55,712 nucleotides of DNA from positions 1 through 55,712 of the IMG/VR virus record IMGVR_UViG_3300040807_003706. The stretch is one strand, 5' to 3'. The position numbers and the translations under genes were made by a program. The notes under the pieces were generated by a model. That model was not told where the DNA came from, did no database searches, and worked only from the letters and a program-made list of their open reading frames with translations. This stretch comes from a virus. Lineage: Duplodnaviria > Caudoviricetes. This document shows positions 9,121-18,128 of the stretch, piece by piece (the first letter of the stretch is position 1; every line of letters begins with the position of its first letter).

Positions 9121-10671
9121 TTAGCGTTCGCCCCAAGTAATAGAGCCAGCAACCGTATTGCCGCTGTCTGCAATGCTTTGAGCAGTAAGCACAAGAACAT
9201 CACCACTGCTTCCGGTGTCATTGGAAATTGGGCGAGTCAAAAACTCGCGGTTATAACGGAAAATTTCGTCTAGCAAAATGTTTTGACCGTCATTATCGCC
9301 TGTAAAGAATACTGCCACTGGTTCGCCTCCGGTGACGCCGGTTGCAGTGGTGTTATATTCAATGGCAGACAGAGATGCAGTGGAAGTAAATACGCCAGAT
9401 GCAATGGCAGGATCCAAAACAGAACCGCTCACCACAATACCACTAGGATTCTTGATTAACGAAAATTTGGTGCGATATTGTGACGATAAATTAGCCATTA
9501 AAGGCACAGCACGCAAGATGTTTTGCTTGCTATTACCGTCATCATTTACAATGTTTTCTTTACAGCGAATAGTAAGCAATGGGCGAATAGTTCCTGGATC
9601 AATGGCTACTGCATTGCTTTCCTGTGAGTAGATGTCATATTTGCTTGCATCTCCTCCGTCAATCTCTGCTTTTGTTCCATACACTTTCAGGAAACATGCT
9701 TGAGAAATGTTTCCAGTTTTTGCAAGCTGGAAAGTCATTGGCAAATTGGGATTGCCAAGACTTGGGAAAGGCAGTCTGTCGCAAGTATTAATTTGATGAA
9801 TGGTCACCCATCGAGCATTGCGTGCAGTGGCGCCAGCAGGCAGGTTTTCGTCCACTGGTACATACGCCATCAAACGTGCCGCAGAGCCGCCGTACCAGCC
9901 CATTAGGATGCGGAACATTGTCACCTTTGACAAGCTCAGCGTATGAACGCTGGAGCCTTGTCCATCAAGCTTGTCGCCATTAAATGCAGAACGCGGAACA
10001 ATCTCTTCCATTACAGAAGGATCTTCCGGGAGTACGCGATAACGGTGGTTGTTATAAAGACTTGTTGGATCGTTAATTGTAAAATCAGTACTACCAATGG
10101 GAGCGCCACTATTCTGAGGACTCTCTCCAGAATTTGTGCGGCGAACAAAATACAAATCATCGCCAATAATGCGAATAATGTAGCCATTGTTGCCGTCAAA
10201 AATACCGGCCTCAATAGTTACATTATTATCGCGAAGCATGCTAATGCCAAAACTTGCATCAGTAATACGCCCCGTTTGATACGGAAATACCAAACGGCTT
10301 TGCATCCGAGCAACAGTGCTGTTCGGTGCATTGGTGTTGATTAAAAGCTGGGCGCCACTTTCTTGGGGAAGGTGCGTAACACTGGAATTATCCGGTGTTC
10401 CAGTTTCGTCAAATGTTAATTTCCACGCCTTTGGATCAATGGCAAGAATGTTGGTGCTATCCCAAAGTTGCAAACTACTTTGCACTCGTGGGTTACCAAG
10501 CAAATCATCATGCACCTCGCTAGGGGCACTTAGATTGTCCAGGATGGGAACAGGTGTTTGATCACTGGCGATAACCACCGGAAGTGATTGCGCCATTGTT
10601 GCCTGACCCGCCTGGATCGGCTCAGTTCTGCCAACTGTTACTACTTGTTGACCTTCTTCAATGTCAGGCAT
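9121..10671 (-). CDS. Virion structural protein (paralog of 7027..9111)
   Basis: Same shared motifs; tail operon context. Confidence 0.65.
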   Translation of the reverse strand: MPDIEEGQQVVTVGRTEPIQAGQATMAQSLPVVIASDQTPVPILDNLSAPSEVHDDLLGNPRVQSSLQLWDSTNILAIDPKAWKLTFDETGTPDNSSVTHLPQESGAQLLINTNAPNSTVARMQSRLVFPYQTGRITDASFGISMLRDNNVTIEAGIFDGNNGYIIRIIGDDLYFVRRTNSGESPQNSGAPIGSTDFTINDPTSLYNNHRYRVLPEDPSVMEEIVPRSAFNGDKLDGQGSSVHTLSLSKVTMFRILMGWYGGSAARLMAYVPVDENLPAGATARNARWVTIHQINTCDRLPFPSLGNPNLPMTFQLAKTGNISQACFLKVYGTKAEIDGGDASKYDIYSQESNAVAIDPGTIRPLLTIRCKENIVNDDGNSKQNILRAVPLMANLSSQYRTKFSLIKNPSGIVVSGSVLDPAIASGVFTSTASLSAIEYNTTATGVTGGEPVAVFFTGDNDGQNILLDEIFRYNREFLTRPISNDTGSSGDVLVLTAQSIADSGNTVAGSITWGER

Positions 10672-10677
10672 TGTTCC

Positions 10678-11355
10678 TTAAATCGAGGTGATGCGAGGCT
10701 TGACCTGCAATGTTCCTAATACAATCGTATCCTCTTTTAGCACTCTTAGAGTGCCGCCAGAGGCTACAGAGCTAAATAATGGAGAACCCGCAGTGGGAAT
10801 CACTTCAAACACGGTGCTTGAAATAATGTTTAACGTATTGGCGGTATAAGTGGAATTGTAGCCAGAAACGCTTGCTCCAGCTATGCGAACAATGTCAAAA
10901 GAAGAAAGATTATGATTGCCGCTTGTCGTCACTCGCATCCGATAGGTGCCAAGCAATTCATCTACTATTGCGCCCTGCGAAATTGAAGCAATGCCATTTC
11001 CTTCTTCCACATAGTACAACTCTTTTAAATCCCATAAATAAAGAGCGCCAATATCTGCGGGATCATCGGCTTGCCTTCCCACGTCATAAGTGATTGCTCT
11101 TTCGCTGTAACCACTAGAAATATTGCGCCGCAAACTTTCTGTTTGCGTTGAAGTTAATGCAAGCTTTAAGTGCCCAGTAGTTGAAAGCTTGGTAATGCCA
11201 AACGTGTCAATTACACTGCCAGCAAAGGTTTCTTTGATTTGCGCCAGCACTTCTGAGCTGGAGAAATCATGAGGCGTGCCAATGGGTTTTTGAAAGGCAA
11301 GATATAGCTCGTCAAAGCTGTCCCCCTCTCGCACCGTTACATTAATGCTTTCCAT
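10678..11355 (-). CDS. Putative tail adaptor/structural protein
   Basis: N-terminus INVTVREGDSF resembles the 806..1147 family; tight operon spacing. Confidence 0.55.
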   Translation of the reverse strand: MESINVTVREGDSFDELYLAFQKPIGTPHDFSSSEVLAQIKETFAGSVIDTFGITKLSTTGHLKLALTSTQTESLRRNISSGYSERAITYDVGRQADDPADIGALYLWDLKELYYVEEGNGIASISQGAIVDELLGTYRMRVTTSGNHNLSSFDIVRIAGASVSGYNSTYTANTLNIISSTVFEVIPTAGSPLFSSVASGGTLRVLKEDTIVLGTLQVKPRITSI

Positions 11356-12179
11356 TAGCCGTTGATTAATTTATCAAGGTTGGCAATTGCTTCATTGCGC
11401 AAAGCAGAGGACTGACGCACAGGGCTCTTCAGTTGGTCAATGCGCAATAAAAGCTGGCGCTTCTCATTGCTAAGTCTATCAATCTCAGCGTGCAAGTTCG
11501 CGAAATGCGTACTAACTGACATTGCGCGATTAATTTCGTCTTTCAACTCTGTATTTGCCTGCTTCAGCAGTTCAATTTCCTCTTGATAGCTAGCTATTTC
11601 TTGAATAAGAGAATCGGGGCCAATCCTTTTTTCAATGACGTGCTCAGTTTTAATTACCACTGGCTCAGAAGGTTTATGCGCCTTTTTTTGTGCTTGCGAT
11701 AAATTGGCAGCCAGTGCAGCAGCTTGACCTTTCGCCGCCGCTGCATTGCTTTCTGCTTCTGTTAGTTGCCGCAATAATTTTGTATTTTGCTCTTCAAGTA
11801 GCCTAACTTTTTCTTGCTCTTCGCTTAATTCGTTACGTAAAGCAATGTTTTCAAGAGCATCGCCTTTTCGCGCAACATTTTGACGCAATGTGCCCTGTCG
11901 TGAAACACCCCTTGCATCGTCAATTGTAATTTCCGAAATAGATGGCACTCTCCATCGCTCCATGTAAGTCAAACGAGTAATATCACCTGCGTCTTTCCAA
12001 TCCACAAAATATGGCATTCCGGCTGGACAAGGCGGTAATTCAATGTCCACCAAACCATCTTCCACTTTGAATGACAAATCTTTAGAAGGGGCGCCAATAA
12101 AGGCGCCCCCCGCCTTTACGTATAGCCGCCCATTTAACGCTCCATTGACTCCCTCTAAAAAGCCGACAATGCGTGTCAT
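11355..12179 (-). CDS. Hypothetical coiled-coil protein
   Basis: Long heptad-rich C-terminal half; overlapping stop/start with the neighbour. Confidence 0.6.
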   Translation of the reverse strand: MTRIVGFLEGVNGALNGRLYVKAGGAFIGAPSKDLSFKVEDGLVDIELPPCPAGMPYFVDWKDAGDITRLTYMERWRVPSISEITIDDARGVSRQGTLRQNVARKGDALENIALRNELSEEQEKVRLLEEQNTKLLRQLTEAESNAAAAKGQAAALAANLSQAQKKAHKPSEPVVIKTEHVIEKRIGPDSLIQEIASYQEEIELLKQANTELKDEINRAMSVSTHFANLHAEIDRLSNEKRQLLLRIDQLKSPVRQSSALRNEAIANLDKLING

Positions 12180-12181
12180 GC

Positions 12182-12589
12182 TTACACCTCGCGATAGGTG
12201 ATTAAAGTTTGATATTCAATGCCACTGCTTACCACCGTTTGCAAGCTTTCACCTGATGCCGTCTGGAAAAGTCCCATTGGGCTGCCAAATGACAAAGGAA
12301 AACCTGATGCGTAAACGGGAAACGCGGGTGTAAGCGTAGAACCAGAAGTGCCACTTCGAAACTGAACAGTGCCTCCACTTGTGGCAGTGCAAACTACATT
12401 GAGAACCCTCAGGGAAACACCCGTTATGCCAGATACAACCACTTCACCGCTTGTACTGGTCACCCATGCACTTTTGATGCCCGATGGGAGAATGTCATGC
12501 TGAAGAATGTACGGAACGCTAATGCTGCCATCGCCTTGCGCTTGCACATAAGCTGTGTTGCCTGCCGCATCAAGACCGAAAAGTGCCAT
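12182..12589 (-). CDS. Hypothetical structural protein
   Basis: ORF track, 2-nt intergenic gaps, beta-rich. Confidence 0.6.
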   Translation of the reverse strand: MALFGLDAAGNTAYVQAQGDGSISVPYILQHDILPSGIKSAWVTSTSGEVVVSGITGVSLRVLNVVCTATSGGTVQFRSGTSGSTLTPAFPVYASGFPLSFGSPMGLFQTASGESLQTVVSSGIEYQTLITYREV

Positions 12590-12591
12590 GG

Positions 12592-12990
12592 TTAAAACAT
12601 TAAAAAGAAGAGGCGTTGATTCGGCTTGCTTTCGCCGTTAGGTAGCCTAACAGTATCGGCAACAGAAAAGTCAAAGCGCAATGGCGAGGCGATGTAGCGA
12701 GAGCTGTAGGACCATCCACTGCGCTTGCCACTTACGCCAATTGTAGCAATCCGAATGAGATAGGAAGATTTAATGTCGTAACTAGGAATGTCAACGTAGG
12801 CGTAATTTTTTTCCGTTTGCCCTAAATTTAGCCATAGATCTTCTTCCTCTCTGTACACCTCCACGTCAAATGATCGAATGAGAGGATTATTGATGGGCGA
12901 TTGCCAGCAAATAGCTGGATTAATCGCGTTCAAAATGGAATAAGCGGTGTACTGCGGATATTCCCATGTGGCTTCTAATCGAGTGGTCAT
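12592..12990 (-). CDS. Fibronectin-III-like protein (J-associated)
   Basis: W..P...FDVEV..W...G.T...Y.IRIATIGVSGKRSGWS pattern; ATGA overlap with the J gene. Confidence 0.55.
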   Translation of the reverse strand: MTTRLEATWEYPQYTAYSILNAINPAICWQSPINNPLIRSFDVEVYREEEDLWLNLGQTEKNYAYVDIPSYDIKSSYLIRIATIGVSGKRSGWSYSSRYIASPLRFDFSVADTVRLPNGESKPNQRLFFLMF

Positions 12991-14969
12991 AATCCCGAGA
13001 AATCAATGGTGGAAGCATTAACATTTGGCAATCCAACGAGATTAGATGTGGCTACAGAAGTCAAAGTTGGAGAACCAAGAGAAAAATTATCTACTAAGTC
13101 ATACTTTGCTTCGTAATACTCCGTTGCTAAAACATTAACAATTCCACTGTCTTCAGTTAGGCTAACAATACGATATTTTTTACCTACAGCCAATGCTTCT
13201 CTAATTAGCCACGGAGAACCTACTTGAGGCGCAGTTGAAAAAGAAGGCGCCACTGAAATGCTGCTTGTCGCTCCCGCAGAATTGGTAATAGAAGAAGTAA
13301 GCTCTTGTCCGCTATCGCTAATAATAATTTGATAAGACACTCCTTCTTGTAAAGTTACATCCCTATCTAGTGAAACTGTTGAGGTGGTGGCTGCTGTAAT
13401 TGCACCTGCAGCTACTCCTGATGTTCTATACGGATCGGCAATTTCAATAATCTCACCAGGCATCAAGAAAAAGCCTTGAGCGCTCACTTTAAACGTGACG
13501 GTTTCTGTTTCATTCAAATTGGTGAGCAATGTCCAGTAACCAATGCGGCGAGCTTGTGATTGTTTTGTTGTACCAAAAGCCCTGATTTCTATCTCTCTAT
13601 ATCCATAGCGTTCAATGCCTGCAGCATCTTCTACGTATTCAACTTTGCTTTTGAACTTATCATTTCGGTCATTCCATGAAACAAGAGCAACGGTCTTACG
13701 GGCTTTAAGAGAAGTGCCTTCGTAAGTAAACGGAGCACTTGTTACTTCCCCTTGCTCATTAACATTGACAACGACATTGGAAGGTGAAAATTGACGAACA
13801 ACAGGGCCAGAGCGGTCCTGCGTAGACATAATAAGGCCTTGTGCAAAATAAATCATGCCGCGAAATACCGCTGCAATTCCATTCATCACTTCATATGCTT
13901 CTGCTCGATTATTGATTACTCCATTAAAAGTAAAGCGCTTTTCGGTTCCCCCTGTTCCATTGGGCACTCGCTCGTCGCAATATTGGGCAATTTGATATAA
14001 CGAATAAATGTCAATATCATCAGCTTCAATGTACAAACCAGTGCCGTATCTTTCATTTGTCATCAGATCGTACAACACCCATGCGGGATTGTTGCTGTAT
14101 TCATAAGTAAAGCTTCCATCCCATACGCCATTTGCTCCCACTCCAGTGGGCACTCTAATTTTTAAGCCCTGAATTTCCACTGAAATCTTTGGCACGCTCG
14201 AAAAAGCTTCTGCCGAAAATTTCATTCCCATTAAGGCAGTATTTGGATAGAAAAGCTTGTCGTCTAAAACACCAACAATTGCTTTGAAGTATAAATCATT
14301 GCTTGTTTTTAAATCTTTAGGATCGGCAGTTGTCCTTCTAACGCGAACAGTCCAAGGGCCAGTTCCAGACAGTGGATAGAAATATTCTCTATCAAATGGC
14401 CCTCTGCTTTTCCCTTGAATTGCAAGATCTTCACTAACAATTGGTTTACTGCCAATTGAATCAAAAATCCTGATATTAAACTCAACTTTTGTTGCCTTTA
14501 CATCTCCATCGTCTTCAACCTTAAACAAAGAACCAACGCCAATACGGACAACAATGCGATTGAGATCTGAACGTGTTGTAGTAGCAGAAACACGGCCACT
14601 TTGTTTTGTCAATTTTGTCCCAATGCTTTGCTCAATGCGAACATCAGCAAAGCCAGTCATGGGTGACTGTGATTGCGTTCCAGTTCTAAATTGAATTTCT
14701 ACATCGTTATCATTTTTCTTATTGAAATTGCTTGAGCCATTTGCAGCTATCAATGGCGTGTCATCAAGATAAATGTACTTTCCTCTTTCGCTTGGGCTAA
14801 TACCAGGAAATCCTTCAACCTCTCCTTCGCACAGGGCTAAAACAATGCTTGCCTCTGCTTGACTTCGCAGTGTATCTGGATCTTCAACAGGAGCATTTCC
14901 ACCCCCTTTGCCGCCGCCACCGGAGCCGACAATTTTCCATTGTTGATCTTGGCCGTACAGCTTCTCCAT
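12987..14969 (-). CDS. Tail tip protein J (host specificity/central fibre)
   Basis: GSGGGGKGG, LCEGEVEG, IYLDDTP, YPNTAL, SNNPAWVLYDL...RYG, CDERV, QARRIG.W motifs of the lambda gpJ family. Confidence 0.9.
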   Translation of the reverse strand: MEKLYGQDQQWKIVGSGGGGKGGGNAPVEDPDTLRSQAEASIVLALCEGEVEGFPGISPSERGKYIYLDDTPLIAANGSSNFNKKNDNDVEIQFRTGTQSQSPMTGFADVRIEQSIGTKLTKQSGRVSATTTRSDLNRIVVRIGVGSLFKVEDDGDVKATKVEFNIRIFDSIGSKPIVSEDLAIQGKSRGPFDREYFYPLSGTGPWTVRVRRTTADPKDLKTSNDLYFKAIVGVLDDKLFYPNTALMGMKFSAEAFSSVPKISVEIQGLKIRVPTGVGANGVWDGSFTYEYSNNPAWVLYDLMTNERYGTGLYIEADDIDIYSLYQIAQYCDERVPNGTGGTEKRFTFNGVINNRAEAYEVMNGIAAVFRGMIYFAQGLIMSTQDRSGPVVRQFSPSNVVVNVNEQGEVTSAPFTYEGTSLKARKTVALVSWNDRNDKFKSKVEYVEDAAGIERYGYREIEIRAFGTTKQSQARRIGYWTLLTNLNETETVTFKVSAQGFFLMPGEIIEIADPYRTSGVAAGAITAATTSTVSLDRDVTLQEGVSYQIIISDSGQELTSSITNSAGATSSISVAPSFSTAPQVGSPWLIREALAVGKKYRIVSLTEDSGIVNVLATEYYEAKYDLVDNFSLGSPTLTSVATSNLVGLPNVNASTIDFSGL

Positions 14970-14975
14970 TTTGCT

Positions 14976-15599
14976 TTAAACAGGAATCCGTTCAGTTGAA
15001 ATAGACGAAGACACAATCAACGGCGAATCCAAGAAATAACGTCCATACAATAAAGGCACAGGATAACCCTGTGTTGTCAATTCGGCAGCCCTGTCAAAAA
15101 TAAAGCTTTCTTTCTTTTTGGTATCGCTACTTGGTGTTTGCACCTGTGGCGATAAAAGGCCTGCAATGCCAGTAAGAAATAAACTCGCGCCAAGACTAAA
15201 TAAAGCCACGCTGCCTGCAGCAGTTTTAGCGGCAGCAAGCCCTGCAAAAGCGCTACTGCCAGCAATTGGAACAAAAGCCAGCGCAATTAATGCTGCACCA
15301 ATCAAAATTTGTCCGACATTGCCACCAGCACCAGTTACTACTGGTGCCATTACTAAGCGATCACAGCTTAAAAAAACTCCTTCGTAATCAAGACCCTCTG
15401 GCTCTTTTGTAATAAGCTTAAAACCAATACCATTTTCATGTGCAGTAGTTAAATATTCTTGAAATCCAGCAATTTGGCGAGACAATGCAATGATAACTTC
15501 ACGTGCATTTAGAGCCATAAAACGATAAGTGCGCCCAAATTTACGGCCAAGCTCTCCTAGAAGCTTCACTTCCACCCATCTTCTCTTTGTGCCCGTCAT
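14976..15599 (-). CDS. Tail assembly protein I
   Basis: VKLLGELGRKFG, hydrophobic middle, QGYPVPLLYG C-terminus of the lambda gpI family. Confidence 0.9.
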   Translation of the reverse strand: MTGTKRRWVEVKLLGELGRKFGRTYRFMALNAREVIIALSRQIAGFQEYLTTAHENGIGFKLITKEPEGLDYEGVFLSCDRLVMAPVVTGAGGNVGQILIGAALIALAFVPIAGSSAFAGLAAAKTAAGSVALFSLGASLFLTGIAGLLSPQVQTPSSDTKKKESFIFDRAAELTTQGYPVPLLYGRYFLDSPLIVSSSISTERIPV

Positions 15600-16303
15600 A
15601 CATCCTTGTGTCGCAACACTTTCACTGTCACTTTAGCCCAATATCCGCCATAAACAGATGACTGTGACAGGCGGTTAGAGAGATGATGATAAAAACAAGC
15701 CCCATTGCCATTCATTACGCCCACATGGTTTGGCTGCGGCGATTGCATCCTCATAAGCAACATGTCTCCTTTTTTATCTGGTCGTCCAACTTCATAGAAA
15801 CCTTGGCTTTCATAATTCTCAAGAAACATGGACCATTCAGGATTTAACCATTCTTCGTCATGTTTCCTTTCAAAATCATCTAATTGAATATTGAATTCAC
15901 GGGCGTAAAAATCACGCAGCAAAGCATAGCAATCATGTAGCCCATAGGTCCATTCGCGCCCTTCATAGGGCGCGTTACCAGTTGGGTCAATGTAATGAAA
16001 ATTATTACTAGGAATATGTACCATCACCCATGGAACATTGCATTGCTTGCACGCTTTTAAATCATGCATCGAAAAAGCATCAATTCCTCCAATGTGCGAA
16101 TGATAGATGGCTTCAATTTTCCCCCTCTCTTCCGCTCTTGCGTAATCTTCGGCGGCTATTGCGAAATTAGTTTCTGGTGAATTGTGCGCATTTTTGCATG
16201 GCATAATTTCACCGTCAACAATGAAACCGCAACACTCTTCGGGGGCGCATTGAGAAGCCTCATAGGCAATGGCTTTTTTAAGGCGATAAGAAAGTTGATT
16301 CAT
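15596..16303 (-). CDS. Tail assembly protein K (JAB + NlpC/P60)
   Basis: PEECCG, YHSH, S.HD (JAB); DCYALLRD and NHVGV (NlpC/P60); start at ATG 16303. Confidence 0.9.
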   Translation of the reverse strand: MNQLSYRLKKAIAYEASQCAPEECCGFIVDGEIMPCKNAHNSPETNFAIAAEDYARAEERGKIEAIYHSHIGGIDAFSMHDLKACKQCNVPWVMVHIPSNNFHYIDPTGNAPYEGREWTYGLHDCYALLRDFYAREFNIQLDDFERKHDEEWLNPEWSMFLENYESQGFYEVGRPDKKGDMLLMRMQSPQPNHVGVMNGNGACFYHHLSNRLSQSSVYGGYWAKVTVKVLRHKDV

Positions 16304-17769
16304 CGGAATAAATTTGCGCCAGGAAACGCCCCGAAAGGCAAAGTAGACAAACCAAAGCGTAAACGACAACTTGTCAATCTCTTACCACATTGATCATTAT
16401 TAAAAATCGGGTCATTGGGGGGTAATGCTGCAAGTGCGGCATCAAACGTTGCTTGTGCGGCGATTACAGCGGCTTCTGCTTCTGCTAATTGAGTTTCGGC
16501 GGCCTGCAATCGTTCTCGCGCAGCGTCGCATTGCGCCGTACTTACCCGCCAAATCTGAATGTCAACAACTGGCGCCACGTTGTTGTCGCGACGTTCACCA
16601 CGAGCAAATACAATCTGCCCAAGAGTTCCTATGGAAGGGGCAGTGCCTGGAGCGGCATTGCTAATGGCGCTTAATATGCTTCCATTTCTACATGCAACAA
16701 TTTGACCGTCTAAATCTCTAAAAGCAAATGTACTAGGGGGATCGTATTCACCTTCTGTAACTATTTCAGCCTCAATACTGTTTGGCCCGCCAGGAAACAA
16801 TGGCGGCCCTTCAACACCAATCCATTGATTAATAGCCCAAACATTGCCAGTACCATTATTTCCAGGGCCACGTCCAGTATTTTGAGTGAGCCCCATAATT
16901 GCGTTTCCTTCCTGAGGGTTGGCAGGATCGTAATCAAATTGCGCAGGAGGAATCAACTGATTTTCGTAGTACGCAGCAAAATATGTTGTCCCGTCAAGAA
17001 TGCCAAATGTATATGGACCATTAGATCGACGCAGATTAAAAAGTGGCTCACTACGTTCGATAATATCAACAGCGCATGCAATGTCCACATCTCCAGTGGC
17101 TGCATTAAGTTCGTTTTCCGCAGAAATTACTGCAGAATTAGCCTGAAGCAAAGCTTCAAGCGCAGCCCGATAAGCTTGCGCCTCAGCCGATGCTGACCCT
17201 GGAAGCGAATCAAGCTCATTGGCCACTGGAGGGCCTGAATAGCCGCATTCAGGCCCTTTGTAGCGCCATAAGCAATGGTTTTGAGTGATAACACGGCGTG
17301 GCAGCAATAAGCCCTCAAGATCTATTTTGCTGGCAAGCTGCCAGCTAACAGTAATGTTTGTTTCAGCGGTTTTGCGCTCAATGTAAAAAATATCCTCTGG
17401 AAATTCCTGTGTGGAATCAGGAGTGGGGCCATTGTCTAAATATTTAAACAATGTTCTACGTCGAATTACTTTTGCGCCAACAAGATCATTTGCGGAAGAT
17501 ATGACAGCGCTGAATGTGCCAAGCACGTTTGCTACGGTAATTTCTGGCTGAGGCATTTGGCCTTTGGTTGTAACATCAAAACCGCTAGCTTCAATGGGAA
17601 ATGACGTATAAGTTTGCCCCTTCCATACCACGGAAGAATTATCAGGCATTACTTCATTAGTAAAAAAATATTGCCCAGACAGTCCATCCTCAATAGTGGA
17701 TAGATCAATTTCAAACATTTCAATGATGGCATCATGCCACCCTTGTTGCACGTCGTTTTTAATTGGCAT
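16300..17769 (-). CDS. Minor tail protein L with a large internal insertion
   Basis: FPIEASGF, RRRTLFKYLD, LPRR, CLWRYKGPECGY and CGKRLTSCRLRF..PFGAFPG motifs; 489 aa. Confidence 0.88.
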   Translation of the reverse strand: MPIKNDVQQGWHDAIIEMFEIDLSTIEDGLSGQYFFTNEVMPDNSSVVWKGQTYTSFPIEASGFDVTTKGQMPQPEITVANVLGTFSAVISSANDLVGAKVIRRRTLFKYLDNGPTPDSTQEFPEDIFYIERKTAETNITVSWQLASKIDLEGLLLPRRVITQNHCLWRYKGPECGYSGPPVANELDSLPGSASAEAQAYRAALEALLQANSAVISAENELNAATGDVDIACAVDIIERSEPLFNLRRSNGPYTFGILDGTTYFAAYYENQLIPPAQFDYDPANPQEGNAIMGLTQNTGRGPGNNGTGNVWAINQWIGVEGPPLFPGGPNSIEAEIVTEGEYDPPSTFAFRDLDGQIVACRNGSILSAISNAAPGTAPSIGTLGQIVFARGERRDNNVAPVVDIQIWRVSTAQCDAARERLQAAETQLAEAEAAVIAAQATFDAALAALPPNDPIFNNDQCGKRLTSCRLRFGLSTLPFGAFPGANLFR

Positions 17770-17771
17770 TT

Positions 17772-18125
17772 TTAACTCCTTGCGTCATAAATACGCCGAC
17801 ACGTAAAAGAGATGACATTGGAATTTGGGCCAATATTTTCCCAGCTCCATTGATTGGGATCTAGGCGATATTTATACTGTTCAGCATCTTGAAAAAATTT
17901 GGCATAAAAGAAATCCCCCTGCAAATCAGAAAGTGTTCCATCTAAAGCCAATGCTTGTTCGTCAGTGATAGGCACTGTACGAATGTCATACATTCTAATA
18001 TCAGTATTTGCGCCATCAGGAATCACCTGTTCAAAGCCATCACCAAATTGCACGCGCCTGGTGCGCGTGCCTCTTTTGGCAGTAAGGCCATATTCAACGT
18101 CAAGAACTAATGTGGGCTGTGCCAT
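17772..18125 (-). CDS. Minor tail protein M (distal tail)
   Basis: RVQFGDGFEQ...DG.N motif; lies after the tape measure. Confidence 0.85.
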   Translation of the reverse strand: MAQPTLVLDVEYGLTAKRGTRTRRVQFGDGFEQVIPDGANTDIRMYDIRTVPITDEQALALDGTLSDLQGDFFYAKFFQDAEQYKYRLDPNQWSWENIGPNSNVISFTCRRIYDARS

Positions 18126-18128
18126 GGA

